From: Alphaproteobacteria bacterium
GTDB lineage: Bacteria > Pseudomonadota > Alphaproteobacteria > SP197
Length of the DNA stretch: 64,000 nt
Assembly: GCA_965228895.1 (NCBI GenBank)
Contig: OZ245842.1
Coordinates: 32,001 to 96,000, forward strand
Direction of reading: 5' to 3'
Below the pieces are notes generated by a model. It was given only the letters and a program-made list of their open reading frames with translations, made no database searches and was not told the DNA's origin. Of this stretch, positions 36,128 through 46,926 are shown one piece after another (positions within the stretch are counted from its first letter, which is position 1; every line of letters starts with the position of its first letter). The position numbers and the translations under genes were made by a program.

Positions 36128-38977
36128 ATGACTGCCGACTACAAGTCGACGCTGTTTCTGCCAAAAACTGAGTTTCCCATGAAGGCCGGCCTGCCGAAGC
36201 GCGAGCCGGAACTCCTGGAGCGCTGGCAGACCATGGACCTCTACCGCGTGCTGCGCGAGGACTCCAAAGGTCGTGAGAAGTTCATCCTGCATGACGGCCC
36301 GCCCTACGCGAACGGCCATCTGCATATCGGCCACGCGCTCAACAAGATCCTCAAAGACGTCATCAACCGGTCCCAGCAGATGCTGGGCAAGGACGCCAAC
36401 TACGTGCCCGGCTGGGATTGCCACGGTCTGCCGATCGAATGGAAGATCGAGGAACAGTACCGCGCCGCGGGCAAGGACAAGGACGAGGTGCCGATCGTCG
36501 AGTTCCGCCGCGAATGCCGGGACTTCGCCGAGCACTGGATCGGCGTGCAGTCCGACGAGTTTCAGCGGCTCGGCGTCATCGGCGACTGGAAGCGGCCCTA
36601 TACGACCATGAGCTTTGACGCCGAGGCGCAGATCGTGCGCGAGCTCGGCAAGTTCATCATGGATGGCTCGCTCTATCGCGGCTCGAAGCCCGTCATGTGG
36701 TCGTGCGTCGAAAAGACCGCGCTTGCCGAAGCCGAGATCGAATACGACGACCACAAGTCGACGACCATCGATCTGGCGTTCCCTGTCATCAAAGCGTCGG
36801 TACCCGTGCTTGACGGCGCGGCCATCGTCATCTGGACGACAACGCCCTGGACGATCCCCGGCAACCGCGCGATCGCCTATGGCAAGGCCATGGACTACCG
36901 CGTGGTCGAGGTCGCCGAGGTGACGGAGAAATCCGGCGCCAAGCCGGGCGACCGTCTGGTCTTTGTCGCCGAGCTGATGGAAGGCGCGCTCAAGCGTTGC
37001 GGCGTCACGGCCCATCAAGAGGTCGCTCAACTGAAAGGCGCCGACCTGGCCGGCACGGTGACGTCGCACCCATTGCGCGGGCAAGGCTACGATTTCGATG
37101 TGCCACTGTTGGCCGGTGATCACGTGACCACCAAACAAGGCACCGGCTTTGTGCATATCGCGCCGGGCCATGGCGCGGAGGACTGGGTGCTGGGCATCGA
37201 GAACAATATCGAGGTGCCGTTCACGGTCGGTGAAGACGGCGCTTACTACGACACCGTTCCGCTGTTCGCCGGTAAGCGAGTTCTGACCGCCGACGGCAAG
37301 GAAGGCGACGCCAATGGCGCCGTGGTCAAGGCGCTCGCCGAGTCAGGCCACCTGCTCGGTGTCGGCAGGCTGGTGCACAGCTATCCCCATTCCTGGCGGT
37401 CGAAGGCACCGCTCATCTTCCGCAACACGCCGCAATGGTTCGTGTCGATGGAGACGAACGGTCTGCGTGACACCGCGCTGGCGGCGATCGACGCGACGCG
37501 CTGGGTCCCGGCTTCGGGTCAGGACCGCATCCGCGGCATGATCGAGGATCGGCCCGACTGGGTCTTGAGCCGACAGCGCGCCTGGGGTGTGCCGATCACC
37601 GTCTTTGTCCATAAGGAGAGCGGTGAGGTCCTGCGCGACCAGCAGGTCGTCGACCGCATCGCCGAGGCCGTGGCCGAAGAGGGCGCCGATGCCTGGTTCG
37701 CGGGCGATCCCCAGCGGTTCCTGGGCAACGATCACAAGGCCGAGGACTATGAGAAGGTCGATGACATCCTCGACGTCTGGTTCGACTCCGGATCGACCCA
37801 CGCCTTCGTGCTGGAGCAGCGCGAGGACTTAGCGTGGCCGGCTTCGCTTTATCTGGAGGGGTCCGACCAGCATCGCGGCTGGTTCCATTCCTCGCTTCTG
37901 GAAAGCTGCGGTACGCGTGGGCGTGCGCCCTATGACGCCGTCCTGACGCACGGTTTCGTCATGGACGGCGACGGGCGCAAGATGTCGAAGTCGCTCGGCA
38001 ACGTGGTCGCGCCGCAAAAGGTCATCGAACAGTACGGTGCGGACATTCTGCGCATCTGGGTGGTCAGCGCCGACTATTCCGAGGACTTGCGGATCAGCGG
38101 CGAAATTCTGAAGTACCAGGCCGACAGCTACCGCCGGCTCAGGAACACCCTGCGTTTTCTGCTTGGCAATCTCGCCGGTTTCGATCCCAGCGAACGGTTG
38201 GATCCCGCCGAGATGCCGGAACTCGAACGCTGGGTCCTGCATCGCGTGGTCGAGCTTGACTCCGTTGTGCGCGAGGCCTGCGACAATTTCGATTTCCACG
38301 AACTCTTCATTGCCGTCCATAATTTCTGCGCGACCGATCTCTCCGCGTTCTATTTCGATATCCGCAAGGACGCGCTTTATTGCGACCGCGCGGACTCGAA
38401 ACGCCGGCGCGCGGCGCGCACGGTGCTTGACGTGCTGTTCGATTGCCTGACGGCCTGGCTTGCACCGGTCCTTTGCTTTACCGCCGAGGAGGCGTGGTTG
38501 ACCCGTTTCCCTGGCGAGGGCGAAAGTGTGCACCGGCGGACCTTCCCTGACGTGCAGGATGTCTGGCGCGACGATGCCCTGGCAAAAAAGTGGCGGCGCG
38601 TACGCCGGCTGCGCCGGGTCGTGACAGGTGCATTGGAAGTTGAGAGACGCGAGAAGCGGATCGGCGCTAGTCTTCAGGCCCATCCCAAGGTTTATGCGAC
38701 GGCCGAGGATATCGCCGCGTTGGATGGCCTTGATCTCGCCGAAATTGCCATCACATCATCGGCTACCTTGATCGAGGGAACGCCGCCGGACGATGCCTTC
38801 CGCCTGGAAGACGTCGCCGACATTGGCGTGGTGCCCGGTTTTGCGGATGGTCAGAAATGCGAGCGATGCTGGATGGTGCTGGATGATGTTGGCCGCGACC
38901 CCATCTACCCGGAACTGTGTGCACGCTGCGCCGACGTGGTGGCGTCGTTGACCCATGTGGTCGAAGTGAGCGGCTAA
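36128..38977 (+). CDS. ileS: Isoleucine--tRNA ligase (type 1)
   Basis: HIGH, KMSKS, C-terminal CERCW..C.RC zinc finger. Confidence 0.99.
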   Translation: MTADYKSTLFLPKTEFPMKAGLPKREPELLERWQTMDLYRVLREDSKGREKFILHDGPPYANGHLHIGHALNKILKDVINRSQQMLGKDANYVPGWDCHGLPIEWKIEEQYRAAGKDKDEVPIVEFRRECRDFAEHWIGVQSDEFQRLGVIGDWKRPYTTMSFDAEAQIVRELGKFIMDGSLYRGSKPVMWSCVEKTALAEAEIEYDDHKSTTIDLAFPVIKASVPVLDGAAIVIWTTTPWTIPGNRAIAYGKAMDYRVVEVAEVTEKSGAKPGDRLVFVAELMEGALKRCGVTAHQEVAQLKGADLAGTVTSHPLRGQGYDFDVPLLAGDHVTTKQGTGFVHIAPGHGAEDWVLGIENNIEVPFTVGEDGAYYDTVPLFAGKRVLTADGKEGDANGAVVKALAESGHLLGVGRLVHSYPHSWRSKAPLIFRNTPQWFVSMETNGLRDTALAAIDATRWVPASGQDRIRGMIEDRPDWVLSRQRAWGVPITVFVHKESGEVLRDQQVVDRIAEAVAEEGADAWFAGDPQRFLGNDHKAEDYEKVDDILDVWFDSGSTHAFVLEQREDLAWPASLYLEGSDQHRGWFHSSLLESCGTRGRAPYDAVLTHGFVMDGDGRKMSKSLGNVVAPQKVIEQYGADILRIWVVSADYSEDLRISGEILKYQADSYRRLRNTLRFLLGNLAGFDPSERLDPAEMPELERWVLHRVVELDSVVREACDNFDFHELFIAVHNFCATDLSAFYFDIRKDALYCDRADSKRRRAARTVLDVLFDCLTAWLAPVLCFTAEEAWLTRFPGEGESVHRRTFPDVQDVWRDDALAKKWRRVRRLRRVVTGALEVERREKRIGASLQAHPKVYATAEDIAALDGLDLAEIAITSSATLIEGTPPDDAFRLEDVADIGVVPGFADGQKCERCWMVLDDVGRDPIYPELCARCADVVASLTHVVEVSG

Positions 38978-38982
38978 CGTCC

Positions 38983-39465
38983 ATGATGCGTTTGGCCCTT
39001 GTGATTGCCGGCGTGGTCCTGGTCTTGGATCAAGTCTCCAAGGTCTGGTTGCTCGGGGTCATGGAAGCCAACGCTTACCGCCCGATCGAAGTGACCGGCT
39101 TCTTCAACCTCGTGATGGTCTGGAACGAAGGCGTCAGTTTCGGCATGCTGAAGGTGGGTTCAGACATGATGCGCTGGATCTTGATGGGCTTCGCCCTTGC
39201 TGTCGCTGTGGCCTTGCTGATTTGGGCACGCCGGTCTGCCGGAATGGTGCTGACGGTCGGGATCGGATTGATCGCCGGCGGTGCCGTCGGGAACGCGCTG
39301 GACAGGCTGTTTTATGGCGCCGTCGCCGACTTTTTCGATGTCCATGTAAGCGGCTTTCATTGGCCAGCCTTCAATATTGCCGATTCTGGGATTACAATCG
39401 GCGTTGTGCTGCTGCTCTACGATACGCTGCTGAATCGTCGTCCTGACCCCAAAGTGTCTGCATGA
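38983..39465 (+). CDS. lspA: Lipoprotein signal peptidase II
   Basis: N.G.SFG, GN.LDR, FNIAD. Confidence 0.96.
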   Translation: MMRLALVIAGVVLVLDQVSKVWLLGVMEANAYRPIEVTGFFNLVMVWNEGVSFGMLKVGSDMMRWILMGFALAVAVALLIWARRSAGMVLTVGIGLIAGGAVGNALDRLFYGAVADFFDVHVSGFHWPAFNIADSGITIGVVLLLYDTLLNRRPDPKVSA

Positions 39466-40046
39466 GGATCGCTCCGGCCATGACACTCCGACGTTCCCTA
39501 ACCCTCGCTTCGTTGGTCTTGATCGTTGCCGCGATGACCGCCTGCGCGCAGGCGCGTCAGTCGCTGGGGCTGGGCAAGAACCCGCCTGACGAGTTCAGGA
39601 TCGTGTCGCGCGCGCCGCTGGACCTGCCGGAAACCTTCGAACTGCCGTCACCGAGCCCTGGTATGACACGGCCACAGGAGCTGCAACCGCAAGAGGATGC
39701 CCAGGCGGCGCTGTTTGGGCAGCCGCTTGGCACCGGTAACGAACCTGAGTATTCGCCAGGCGAGCAGTCGGTCTTGATCGCCGCTCGAACCGAAGAAGAG
39801 GTCGACGATATTCGCGAGACAGTCGACCGCGAATCCACCGAGTTGTACGCCGAGCAGAACGACTGGGTCGAAGATGTGCTGTTCTGGAAGGATGAACAGG
39901 ATCCGACCGCTTTGCTGATCGATCCTGAACGCGAGGCCGACCGTCTGCAGAGCAATGCCGCCCTTGGCATACCTGCCAACGAGGGCGAATTTGACGGTGT
40001 CGTCGTTGAACCGCGCGAGAAGGCGCTTCTTGAGGATATCTTCTGA
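39462..40046 (+). CDS. DUF3035-like lipoprotein
   Basis: Lipobox MTAC; PDEF.IV.RAPL..P..F.LP.P.PG..RPQE; position after lspA. Confidence 0.82.
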   Translation: MRIAPAMTLRRSLTLASLVLIVAAMTACAQARQSLGLGKNPPDEFRIVSRAPLDLPETFELPSPSPGMTRPQELQPQEDAQAALFGQPLGTGNEPEYSPGEQSVLIAARTEEEVDDIRETVDRESTELYAEQNDWVEDVLFWKDEQDPTALLIDPEREADRLQSNAALGIPANEGEFDGVVVEPREKALLEDIF

Positions 40047-40048
40047 TT

Positions 40049-40564
40049 ATGGCGAACAGACATGCCAAAGCGTCTGTGGTTGCAGCCGTTGTCGCGGGCG
40101 CGTTGTTGGCCACCGCGTGTTCGAACGACGAATTGTTGCCCGGCGTCGGCTATCGTGTGCCCGGCGAGTCCACGTCGGCGGAACTGCTGCCCTTGACCGT
40201 GCCGCCGGACTTCGGCTTGCGTCCCGAACCGATCGACGAAACCGCTGAAGGTCTTGGGATCGTCTCAACGCAGGAAGAAGAGATCTTCGTCGTGCAGAAC
40301 GACACCATCACGCGTGGCGAGGAGATCATCCTGTCGCGCTCTGACGTCGAAAGCGCCAACCCGGACATTCGAAGATTGCTGGATCAGGACAACGCCATCT
40401 TTGTCGGCAACCCAGAATTCGTCGATGCGCTGATGTTCGGCTCCTACCCCGAAGGCGGCGATGTAACGGTCGAAGAAGACGATGAGGCGGTCCAGGAGGT
40501 CGTCATCCGTGAAGGGGTCGGCGATGACGAGAGCGACTTCGAGTTTTTCGAAGACTGGTTCTAA
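40049..40564 (+). CDS. Second, divergent DUF3035-like lipoprotein
   Basis: Lipobox ATAC; PLTVPPDFGLRP; A.P.IR; acidic tail. Confidence 0.7.
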   Translation: MANRHAKASVVAAVVAGALLATACSNDELLPGVGYRVPGESTSAELLPLTVPPDFGLRPEPIDETAEGLGIVSTQEEEIFVVQNDTITRGEEIILSRSDVESANPDIRRLLDQDNAIFVGNPEFVDALMFGSYPEGGDVTVEEDDEAVQEVVIREGVGDDESDFEFFEDWF

Positions 40565-40731
40565 AACCCGCGTTGATCCGTCAGGTATCGCAGCGTGCGA
40601 CGTGACGGCGGCCACTTAACACCCGAATGGTGTAGCCCTGTCGGCGATTCGACATCACAGACGCGTGTGATGCCTTGTGACCGTCACATTTGATGGCTAG
40701 CTCCCCACAAAAGCCTATCCCCGGAGTTTGC

Positions 40732-42090
40732 ATGACCCGACGACTGAGTACCGGCGCCGTTGCGGCAGCCTTGTTGATCGTTGTCCTTTCGCTGCCAGGT
40801 GGTCCATTGCGGGCCGACCTCTTCAACGCCGAGACCTTTACGCTCGACAACGGCATGCAGGTCGTGGTGATCCCCGACCACCGCGCACCTGTCGTGACGC
40901 ACATGGTTTGGTACAAGGTCGGTTCGGCCGATGAGGAGCCGCGACGCTCGGGCCTGGCGCATTTTCTTGAGCATCTGATGTTCAAGGGCACGCCCAACGT
41001 TCCCGACGGCCAGTTCTCGTACATCGTCGCGCGCAACGGCGGCACCGAGAACGCGTTCACCAGCCACGACTACACGGCCTATTTTCAGAGCGTCGCGCGT
41101 GACCGCCTGGAACTGGTCATGGAGCTCGAAGCCGACCGCATGACCAACCTGGTCTTGAGCGAAGACGACGTCGAGACCGAACGCCAGGTCATCCTGGAAG
41201 AGCGCCGCTCGCGCGTCGACAACAACCCGGCCGCCATCTTGAACGAACAGGTTCGCGCCGCGCAGTATTTCATTCATCCCTACGGCTGGCCGGTGATCGG
41301 CTGGCAGCATGAGATCGAAACGCTGACACACCAGGATGTCATCGATTTCTATCGTACGCACTACGCGCCCAACAACGCCGTCCTGGTGGTCGCCGGCGAT
41401 GTCACTGCCGAGGAACTGCGGCCCCTGGCCGAGCAATACTATGGTGTCATCCCGGCATCTGAGGTGCCCGAGCGCATCAGGCCGCAAGAACCGCCACAGT
41501 TGGCCGAGCGTCGCGTCGTGCGCGAAGATCCCCGCGTACCCCAGGCATCGGTCTCGATCGCTTATTTGGCGCCGAGCTACAGCACGGATCCGGATCAGGC
41601 GTTCGCCTTGGATGTGCTCGCCGAAGTCCTGGCCGGCTCGACGACCAGCCGGCTTTATCGCGATCTCGTGGTTGATCAGGGCATCGCGGTGTCGGCCGGC
41701 GCCTGGTATGGCGGCGATAACCTGGACTCCGGTCGTTTCGGGTTCTGGATTACGCCGGCGGCCGGTGTCGATCATGAAGACGCTGAGACCGCGCTGAGGG
41801 CCGAGATTGACCGGCTGCTTGCTGACGGTGTCAGCGAAGAAGAGGTCGAACGCGTCAAACAGCGGATCCGCGCCAGTCTGATCTACGCGCGAGACAGCGT
41901 TGCCGGCATCGGCCAGTGGTATGGCTCGCGTCTGACGACCGGCCTTACCGTCGAACAGATCAGCGCCTGGCCTGACGGCATCGAGGCCGTCACGGTGGAG
42001 CAAGTGAACGCGGCGGCCGAAGCCGTACTGGTCGACGAGACGTCGGTCACCGGTGTCTTGCTGCCGGCAACGCCGGATCAGGAGTCCTAA
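40732..42090 (+). CDS. M16B zinc peptidase, catalytic subunit
   Basis: HFLEH inverted zincin motif, NAFT..D.T.Y. Confidence 0.95.
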   Translation: MTRRLSTGAVAAALLIVVLSLPGGPLRADLFNAETFTLDNGMQVVVIPDHRAPVVTHMVWYKVGSADEEPRRSGLAHFLEHLMFKGTPNVPDGQFSYIVARNGGTENAFTSHDYTAYFQSVARDRLELVMELEADRMTNLVLSEDDVETERQVILEERRSRVDNNPAAILNEQVRAAQYFIHPYGWPVIGWQHEIETLTHQDVIDFYRTHYAPNNAVLVVAGDVTAEELRPLAEQYYGVIPASEVPERIRPQEPPQLAERRVVREDPRVPQASVSIAYLAPSYSTDPDQAFALDVLAEVLAGSTTSRLYRDLVVDQGIAVSAGAWYGGDNLDSGRFGFWITPAAGVDHEDAETALRAEIDRLLADGVSEEEVERVKQRIRASLIYARDSVAGIGQWYGSRLTTGLTVEQISAWPDGIEAVTVEQVNAAAEAVLVDETSVTGVLLPATPDQES

Positions 42091-42092
42091 CC

Positions 42093-43436
42093 ATGATGTT
42101 GTTCGTTCAGTGTCGCCGTGCGATGGCCGTTGGATTTGGTGCCCTTCTTGTTGTCGTATGGGCCTCGTCCGCCCAGGCCGAGATTGACGTCATTGAGACA
42201 CCCGGCGGACTCGAAGTCTGGTTGAAGCGTGAGCCGGCGATTCCGATGGTCGCGTTGAACTTCGCGTTTCGCGGTGGTGCGACGCTCGATCCCGATGGCC
42301 GCGAGGGACTTGCCAGCATGGTCTCCAGACTGCTTGACGAGGGTGCTGGCGAACTCGATAGCCAGGCTTTTCAAGATCGCCTTGACGAACTGTCGGTACG
42401 CATGGGCTTCAGCACCGGCCGCGACGCCTTTTTCGGGTCGATGGTGACCTTGAACGACAATCTGGATGAGGCCTTCGACCTGCTTGCGCTGGCGCTGAAC
42501 GACCCGCGTTTCGACGCTGAGCCCGTCGAACGTATCCGCGGTCAGATCCTCGTCAGCCTGTCCTATAGTGCGGAGGATCCGAACACGGTTGCCTGGCGCA
42601 CCTGGACGGAAACGGCGTTCCCCGATCACACCTATGGCCGTGCTGTCGAGGGAATGCCCGAGACCATCGCGGCGATCACAACTGATGACCTGAAAGGTTT
42701 CGTCACTGATGCCTTTGCGCGCGACCGTTTGATCGTCGCGGCCGTCGGCGATATCGAGCCTGACAGGTTGGCCGAACTCGTCGACCGGGTGTTCGCCGGA
42801 CTGCCCGAAAGCGGCGCGGCCCTCGACACGGCTGATACCCGTCCGTTGACCGGTCAGACCATCGTCGTCGATATGGACGTGCCGCAAAGCGCCATCGTGC
42901 TGGGACTTCCGGCGCTCAAACGCGACGATCCCGACTACTACGTGGCCTCGGTCTTGAACAAGGCACTCGGTGGCGGCGGCCTCAATACCCGCCTGTTCGA
43001 GGAGGTCAGGAAAGAGCGCGGCCTCGCCTATTCGGCGACGACCTCGTTATCGCCCTTCGATCATACCGGGCTTTTGCTGGGTTCGGCTGGCACACAGAAT
43101 GCGCGCGCCGGCGAAACCATCGACGTCATCAAGGAGGTGTTCGCCGATGTTGCCGCGAACGGCATCACCCAGGCCGAGCTGGACGACGCCCGCGACTATC
43201 TGACCGGCTCGTTCCCGTTGCGCCTTGACAGCAATGGCGAGATTGCACGGATCCTGGTTGCCGTGCAGATGAACGACCTCGGTCTCGACTACCTGGACGA
43301 ACGTAACGGTTACATCGAGGCGGTCACGCTGGACGATGTCAACCGTCTCGCTGCCGAGCTTTTGAAACCCGAGGATCTGCTGGTCGTTGTGGCCGGACGC
43401 CCGGACGGCGTTGTGTCCACAACGCCGGTCGAATGA
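42093..43436 (+). CDS. M16B peptidase, non-catalytic partner subunit
   Basis: No HxxEH; RLF.EVR..RGLAY. Confidence 0.92.
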   Translation: MMLFVQCRRAMAVGFGALLVVVWASSAQAEIDVIETPGGLEVWLKREPAIPMVALNFAFRGGATLDPDGREGLASMVSRLLDEGAGELDSQAFQDRLDELSVRMGFSTGRDAFFGSMVTLNDNLDEAFDLLALALNDPRFDAEPVERIRGQILVSLSYSAEDPNTVAWRTWTETAFPDHTYGRAVEGMPETIAAITTDDLKGFVTDAFARDRLIVAAVGDIEPDRLAELVDRVFAGLPESGAALDTADTRPLTGQTIVVDMDVPQSAIVLGLPALKRDDPDYYVASVLNKALGGGGLNTRLFEEVRKERGLAYSATTSLSPFDHTGLLLGSAGTQNARAGETIDVIKEVFADVAANGITQAELDDARDYLTGSFPLRLDSNGEIARILVAVQMNDLGLDYLDERNGYIEAVTLDDVNRLAAELLKPEDLLVVVAGRPDGVVSTTPVE

Positions 43437-43483
43437 GACCAGCAAGTCTGGTAGCCTCGCCAGCCTAGCGAACGGCGGAGCCA

Positions 43484-44746
43484 ATGCCATACCGACAGGT
43501 CTTTGACAGCACGGCATGCGGCCTCGATCAGGCCGCATGGGAAACCATCCGTGCCGGCCTTGATCCCGTTGCCAAGACGACCGCCGAACGGCTGGAGGCT
43601 TGCAACCTTCCGGCGCTTTCCGTTGCCCGGCGCAAGGATGATCTCGACATGCTGGCGGCGCGAGCCGACACGATCGCGGCTGGCAGCCGGGACGTTCTGG
43701 TGCTTGGCATCGGTGGTTCCAGCCTTGGCGGCCAGACGCTCCTGGCGCTGCGCGAAACGCGTCACGCTGATCGGCCACACCTTCATTTTATCGACAATGT
43801 CGATCCCGCGACGTGGCAGGAAACGATCGCACACCTCGACGCCAAGGATGTTCACGTGCTCGCCGTGTCGAAGTCGGGCGGCACCGCCGAGACCTTGGCC
43901 CAGACCCTGATCGCGACCGAGTATCTGAATGCAGCTTTGGGTCCGGCCGGTGCGGCCGCGCAGGTGACGGTCGTGACCGAACCCGGTGAGCGGCCGTTGC
44001 GGCGCCTTGCCGAACGCCTCGGCTGTGCCGTGATCGACCATGACCCGGATGTCGGTGGCCGCTTTTCGGCCCTCACCGGTGTCGGTCTGTTACCGGTTCT
44101 GATTGCTGGTCTGGACGCCGCCGCCGTTCGTGACGGGGCTGCCTCCGTGCTCGCGACGTTTGCCGAGGATCCCGCCGCAAGCGCGCCGTCCCAAGGCGCC
44201 GCACTGGCGGTCGGGCTCGGCGGTCGTGGCAAGTCGAGCCAGGTGGTGCTCGGCTATGCCGACCGGCTGGAACGATTCGCCGCCTGGCACGCGCAGATCT
44301 GGGCCGAAAGCCTGGGCAAGGCAGGCAAAGGCACGACGCCGGTGCCGGCGCGCGGCGTGACCGATCAGCATAGCCAGCTTCAGCTCTGGCTCGATGGGCC
44401 ACCGGATAAGTGGATGACGGTCTTGGGCCGCGACACCGCGGGCGAAGGTCCGATGATCGATACCGCCGGCGATGATGATCTCGCTTATCTCGACGGCCGC
44501 ACCCTGGGCGATCTGATGGCTGCCGAACATGAGGCGACGGTCGAATCGCTGATCGCCGCTGGCGTGCCGTTACGCCGCTTTCTGCTGGACCGCATCGACG
44601 AAGCGGCGATTGGCGCCTTGATGGCGCACTTCATGCTCGAGACCATCTTGGCCGCCGGCCTGATGGATATCGACCCGTTCGGCCAGCCGGCGGTCGAGGA
44701 CGGCAAAGTTCGCGCCCGCGCCAAGCTGAAGGCGATGGTCCGGTGA
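43484..44746 (+). CDS. pgi: Glucose-6-phosphate isomerase, short form
   Basis: [40 protein letters not shown]. Confidence 0.9.
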   Translation: MPYRQVFDSTACGLDQAAWETIRAGLDPVAKTTAERLEACNLPALSVARRKDDLDMLAARADTIAAGSRDVLVLGIGGSSLGGQTLLALRETRHADRPHLHFIDNVDPATWQETIAHLDAKDVHVLAVSKSGGTAETLAQTLIATEYLNAALGPAGAAAQVTVVTEPGERPLRRLAERLGCAVIDHDPDVGGRFSALTGVGLLPVLIAGLDAAAVRDGAASVLATFAEDPAASAPSQGAALAVGLGGRGKSSQVVLGYADRLERFAAWHAQIWAESLGKAGKGTTPVPARGVTDQHSQLQLWLDGPPDKWMTVLGRDTAGEGPMIDTAGDDDLAYLDGRTLGDLMAAEHEATVESLIAAGVPLRRFLLDRIDEAAIGALMAHFMLETILAAGLMDIDPFGQPAVEDGKVRARAKLKAMVR

Positions 44747-46536
44747 CCATCCGCCGCCTGCCGGAGACCACGGTCAACCGCATCGCCGCCGGCGAGGTGA
44801 TCGAGCGGCCGGCCTCGGTGGTGAAGGAACTGGCGGAAAACAGTCTGGATGCCGGCGCGTGTTCCATCGAGGTCGTGGTCAACAGCGGCGGCCGCACGTT
44901 CATTTCGGTCAGCGATGACGGCTGTGGCATGACCGCCGACGAACTGGCGCTCGCCGTCGAGCGCCACGCAACCTCGAAGCTGCCCGATGATGATTTGATG
45001 GCGATCGCGACGCTCGGTTTTCGCGGCGAGGCCCTGCCGTCAATCGGCGCGGTCAGCCGGCTTTCGGTGACAAGCCGCGTGGCGGATTCCGATAGCGCGT
45101 GGATGGTGCGGGTCGATGGTGGCGCGCAACAACCCGTGGCGCCGGCGGCACGTGGAGCGGGCACGGTGGTCGAGGTGCGCGACCTGTTCTATGCCACGCC
45201 TGCGCGCCTCAAGTTTCTGAAGAGCGAGCGCGCGGAAAATGCCCAGGTCAGCGATGTCGTCAAACGTTTGGCGATGGCGCATCCGGACGTAACGTTCAAG
45301 CTCAGCCTGGACGGCCGCAACAGCCTGAGTTTTCAGGCTGAAGCCGGTGACCTGTTCGACGCGCGGTTGAAACGTCTGGGCGCGGTCATGGGCCGGGAGT
45401 TTCAGGAAAACGCGGTTCCCGTCGACAGCGTACGCGAGACCGTGCGGCTTTCCGGCTATGCCGGCGTGCCGACGCTGAACCGGCCGACCAGCCAGGGCCA
45501 GTATCTCTTTGTCAACGGCCGGCCGGTGCGCGACCGATTGCTGTTGGGCGCCATACGCGGCGCCTATCAGGATTTCCTCGCGGCCAACCGCCACCCGATG
45601 GTGGCGCTGTTCCTGGAGCTGCCGGGCCGGTTGGTCGACGTCAACGTGCATCCGGCCAAGGCCGAGGTCCGGTTCCGCGACAACCAGATGATCCGCGGCC
45701 TCATCGTCTCGGCGTTGCGCGGCGCCCTGGACGCTGCCGGCCACCGCGCATCGACCACGGTTGCCGCGCAGACCTTGCAGGCCTTTCGCCCGGAGACGTC
45801 GTCGCCGGTCGACCATCTCTTCGCCGAACGCCGGCCGTCGATGAGCCGCGGCATGGCCGAAGCGGCCGCCGGTTATCACGCACCCTTGGCGACCGACTAT
45901 GCCCCGGCGGCCCGTGGTGATGCTGCCGTCGACGACGTTGCGACGCCGGCGCCGGACTACCCGCTGGGTGCCGCGCGCGGCCAGCTGCACGAGACCTATG
46001 TGGTCGCGCAGACCGCCGACGGCTTGGTCATCGTCGACCAGCATGCGGCGCATGAGCGGCTGGTCTACGAACGCATGAAGCAGCAGCTCGCGCAATCAGG
46101 TGTGGCGCGACAAATGCTGCTCTTGCCCGAGGTGGTCGACATGGACGGGACCGATGTCGATCGGTTGGTGGCGCGTGCCGACGAACTGGCCGAGCTCGGC
46201 CTGGTGCTCGAACGCTTCGGCCCGGGCGCCGTCGTCGTACGCGAGACCCCGGCGCTGTTGGGCGAGATCGACGTCAAGGCGCTGGTACGCGACTTCGCCG
46301 ATGATCTCCTGGAAAGTGGCGAGGCGCTCTCCTTGCGCGAGCGCCTGGAAGATGTCTGCGGCACCATGGCGTGCCACGGCAGCGTGCGCGCCGGCCGCCG
46401 TCTCAACACCGACGAGATGAACGCGCTGTTGCGCGAGATGGAAGCGACACCGCATTCCGGTCAGTGCAACCACGGCCGCCCGACCTATGTCGAACTGAAG
46501 CTCGCCGATATCGAAAAGCTGTTCGGCCGGCGTTAG
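44743..46536 (+). CDS. mutL: DNA mismatch repair protein MutL
   Basis: [35 protein letters not shown]. Confidence 0.98.
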   Translation: MTIRRLPETTVNRIAAGEVIERPASVVKELAENSLDAGACSIEVVVNSGGRTFISVSDDGCGMTADELALAVERHATSKLPDDDLMAIATLGFRGEALPSIGAVSRLSVTSRVADSDSAWMVRVDGGAQQPVAPAARGAGTVVEVRDLFYATPARLKFLKSERAENAQVSDVVKRLAMAHPDVTFKLSLDGRNSLSFQAEAGDLFDARLKRLGAVMGREFQENAVPVDSVRETVRLSGYAGVPTLNRPTSQGQYLFVNGRPVRDRLLLGAIRGAYQDFLAANRHPMVALFLELPGRLVDVNVHPAKAEVRFRDNQMIRGLIVSALRGALDAAGHRASTTVAAQTLQAFRPETSSPVDHLFAERRPSMSRGMAEAAAGYHAPLATDYAPAARGDAAVDDVATPAPDYPLGAARGQLHETYVVAQTADGLVIVDQHAAHERLVYERMKQQLAQSGVARQMLLLPEVVDMDGTDVDRLVARADELAELGLVLERFGPGAVVVRETPALLGEIDVKALVRDFADDLLESGEALSLRERLEDVCGTMACHGSVRAGRRLNTDEMNALLREMEATPHSGQCNHGRPTYVELKLADIEKLFGRR

Positions 46537-46829
46537 ACGCGGCGTTCGCTGTCCGCGAAGACCTGGGTCCATGCGAGGATGCGAACCGATTGGCGTAGGC
46601 CGGTCGGCCAGAACGGATCGGCCTCGACCAGCGCCTGAACCGCCTGCGGACTGTCGGCGTCGACGAGCCATAGACCGCCGGCGGGCTCACCGTTCGTCGT
46701 GTCCTTAAGGGGCCCCGCCGCGGCGATGGCGCTGGCGTTCGCTTCCAGAAAAGCGAGGTGATCTGGCATGTGTTGGGCGCGCATGGCGACGCGCTCGGCA
46801 TTGTCTTCGAACAAGACGGCAAAGATCAT
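46533..46829 (-). CDS. YciI-family protein
   Basis: R..H...HL.FL, AAGPL, DPFW. Confidence 0.88.
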   Translation of the reverse strand: MIFAVLFEDNAERVAMRAQHMPDHLAFLEANASAIAAAGPLKDTTNGEPAGGLWLVDADSPQAVQALVEADPFWPTGLRQSVRILAWTQVFADSERRV

Positions 46830-46926
46830 GACCGCAGGTCCTCTGGCCTTCAGGGTTGACTATGCAGACCCTAGGACCGCAAAAATGCGCAGTAAATTGG
46901 TAGTTTTGCCAAGCAAGGATGCAAAA

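Noticed and set aside
40684-42003. Long antisense ORFs (also 36047..37171, 14205..15278, 45040..46095, 18686..19804, 50696..51901)
   Set aside because: Shadow frames of well-supported genes in high-GC DNA; no motifs or RBS support.
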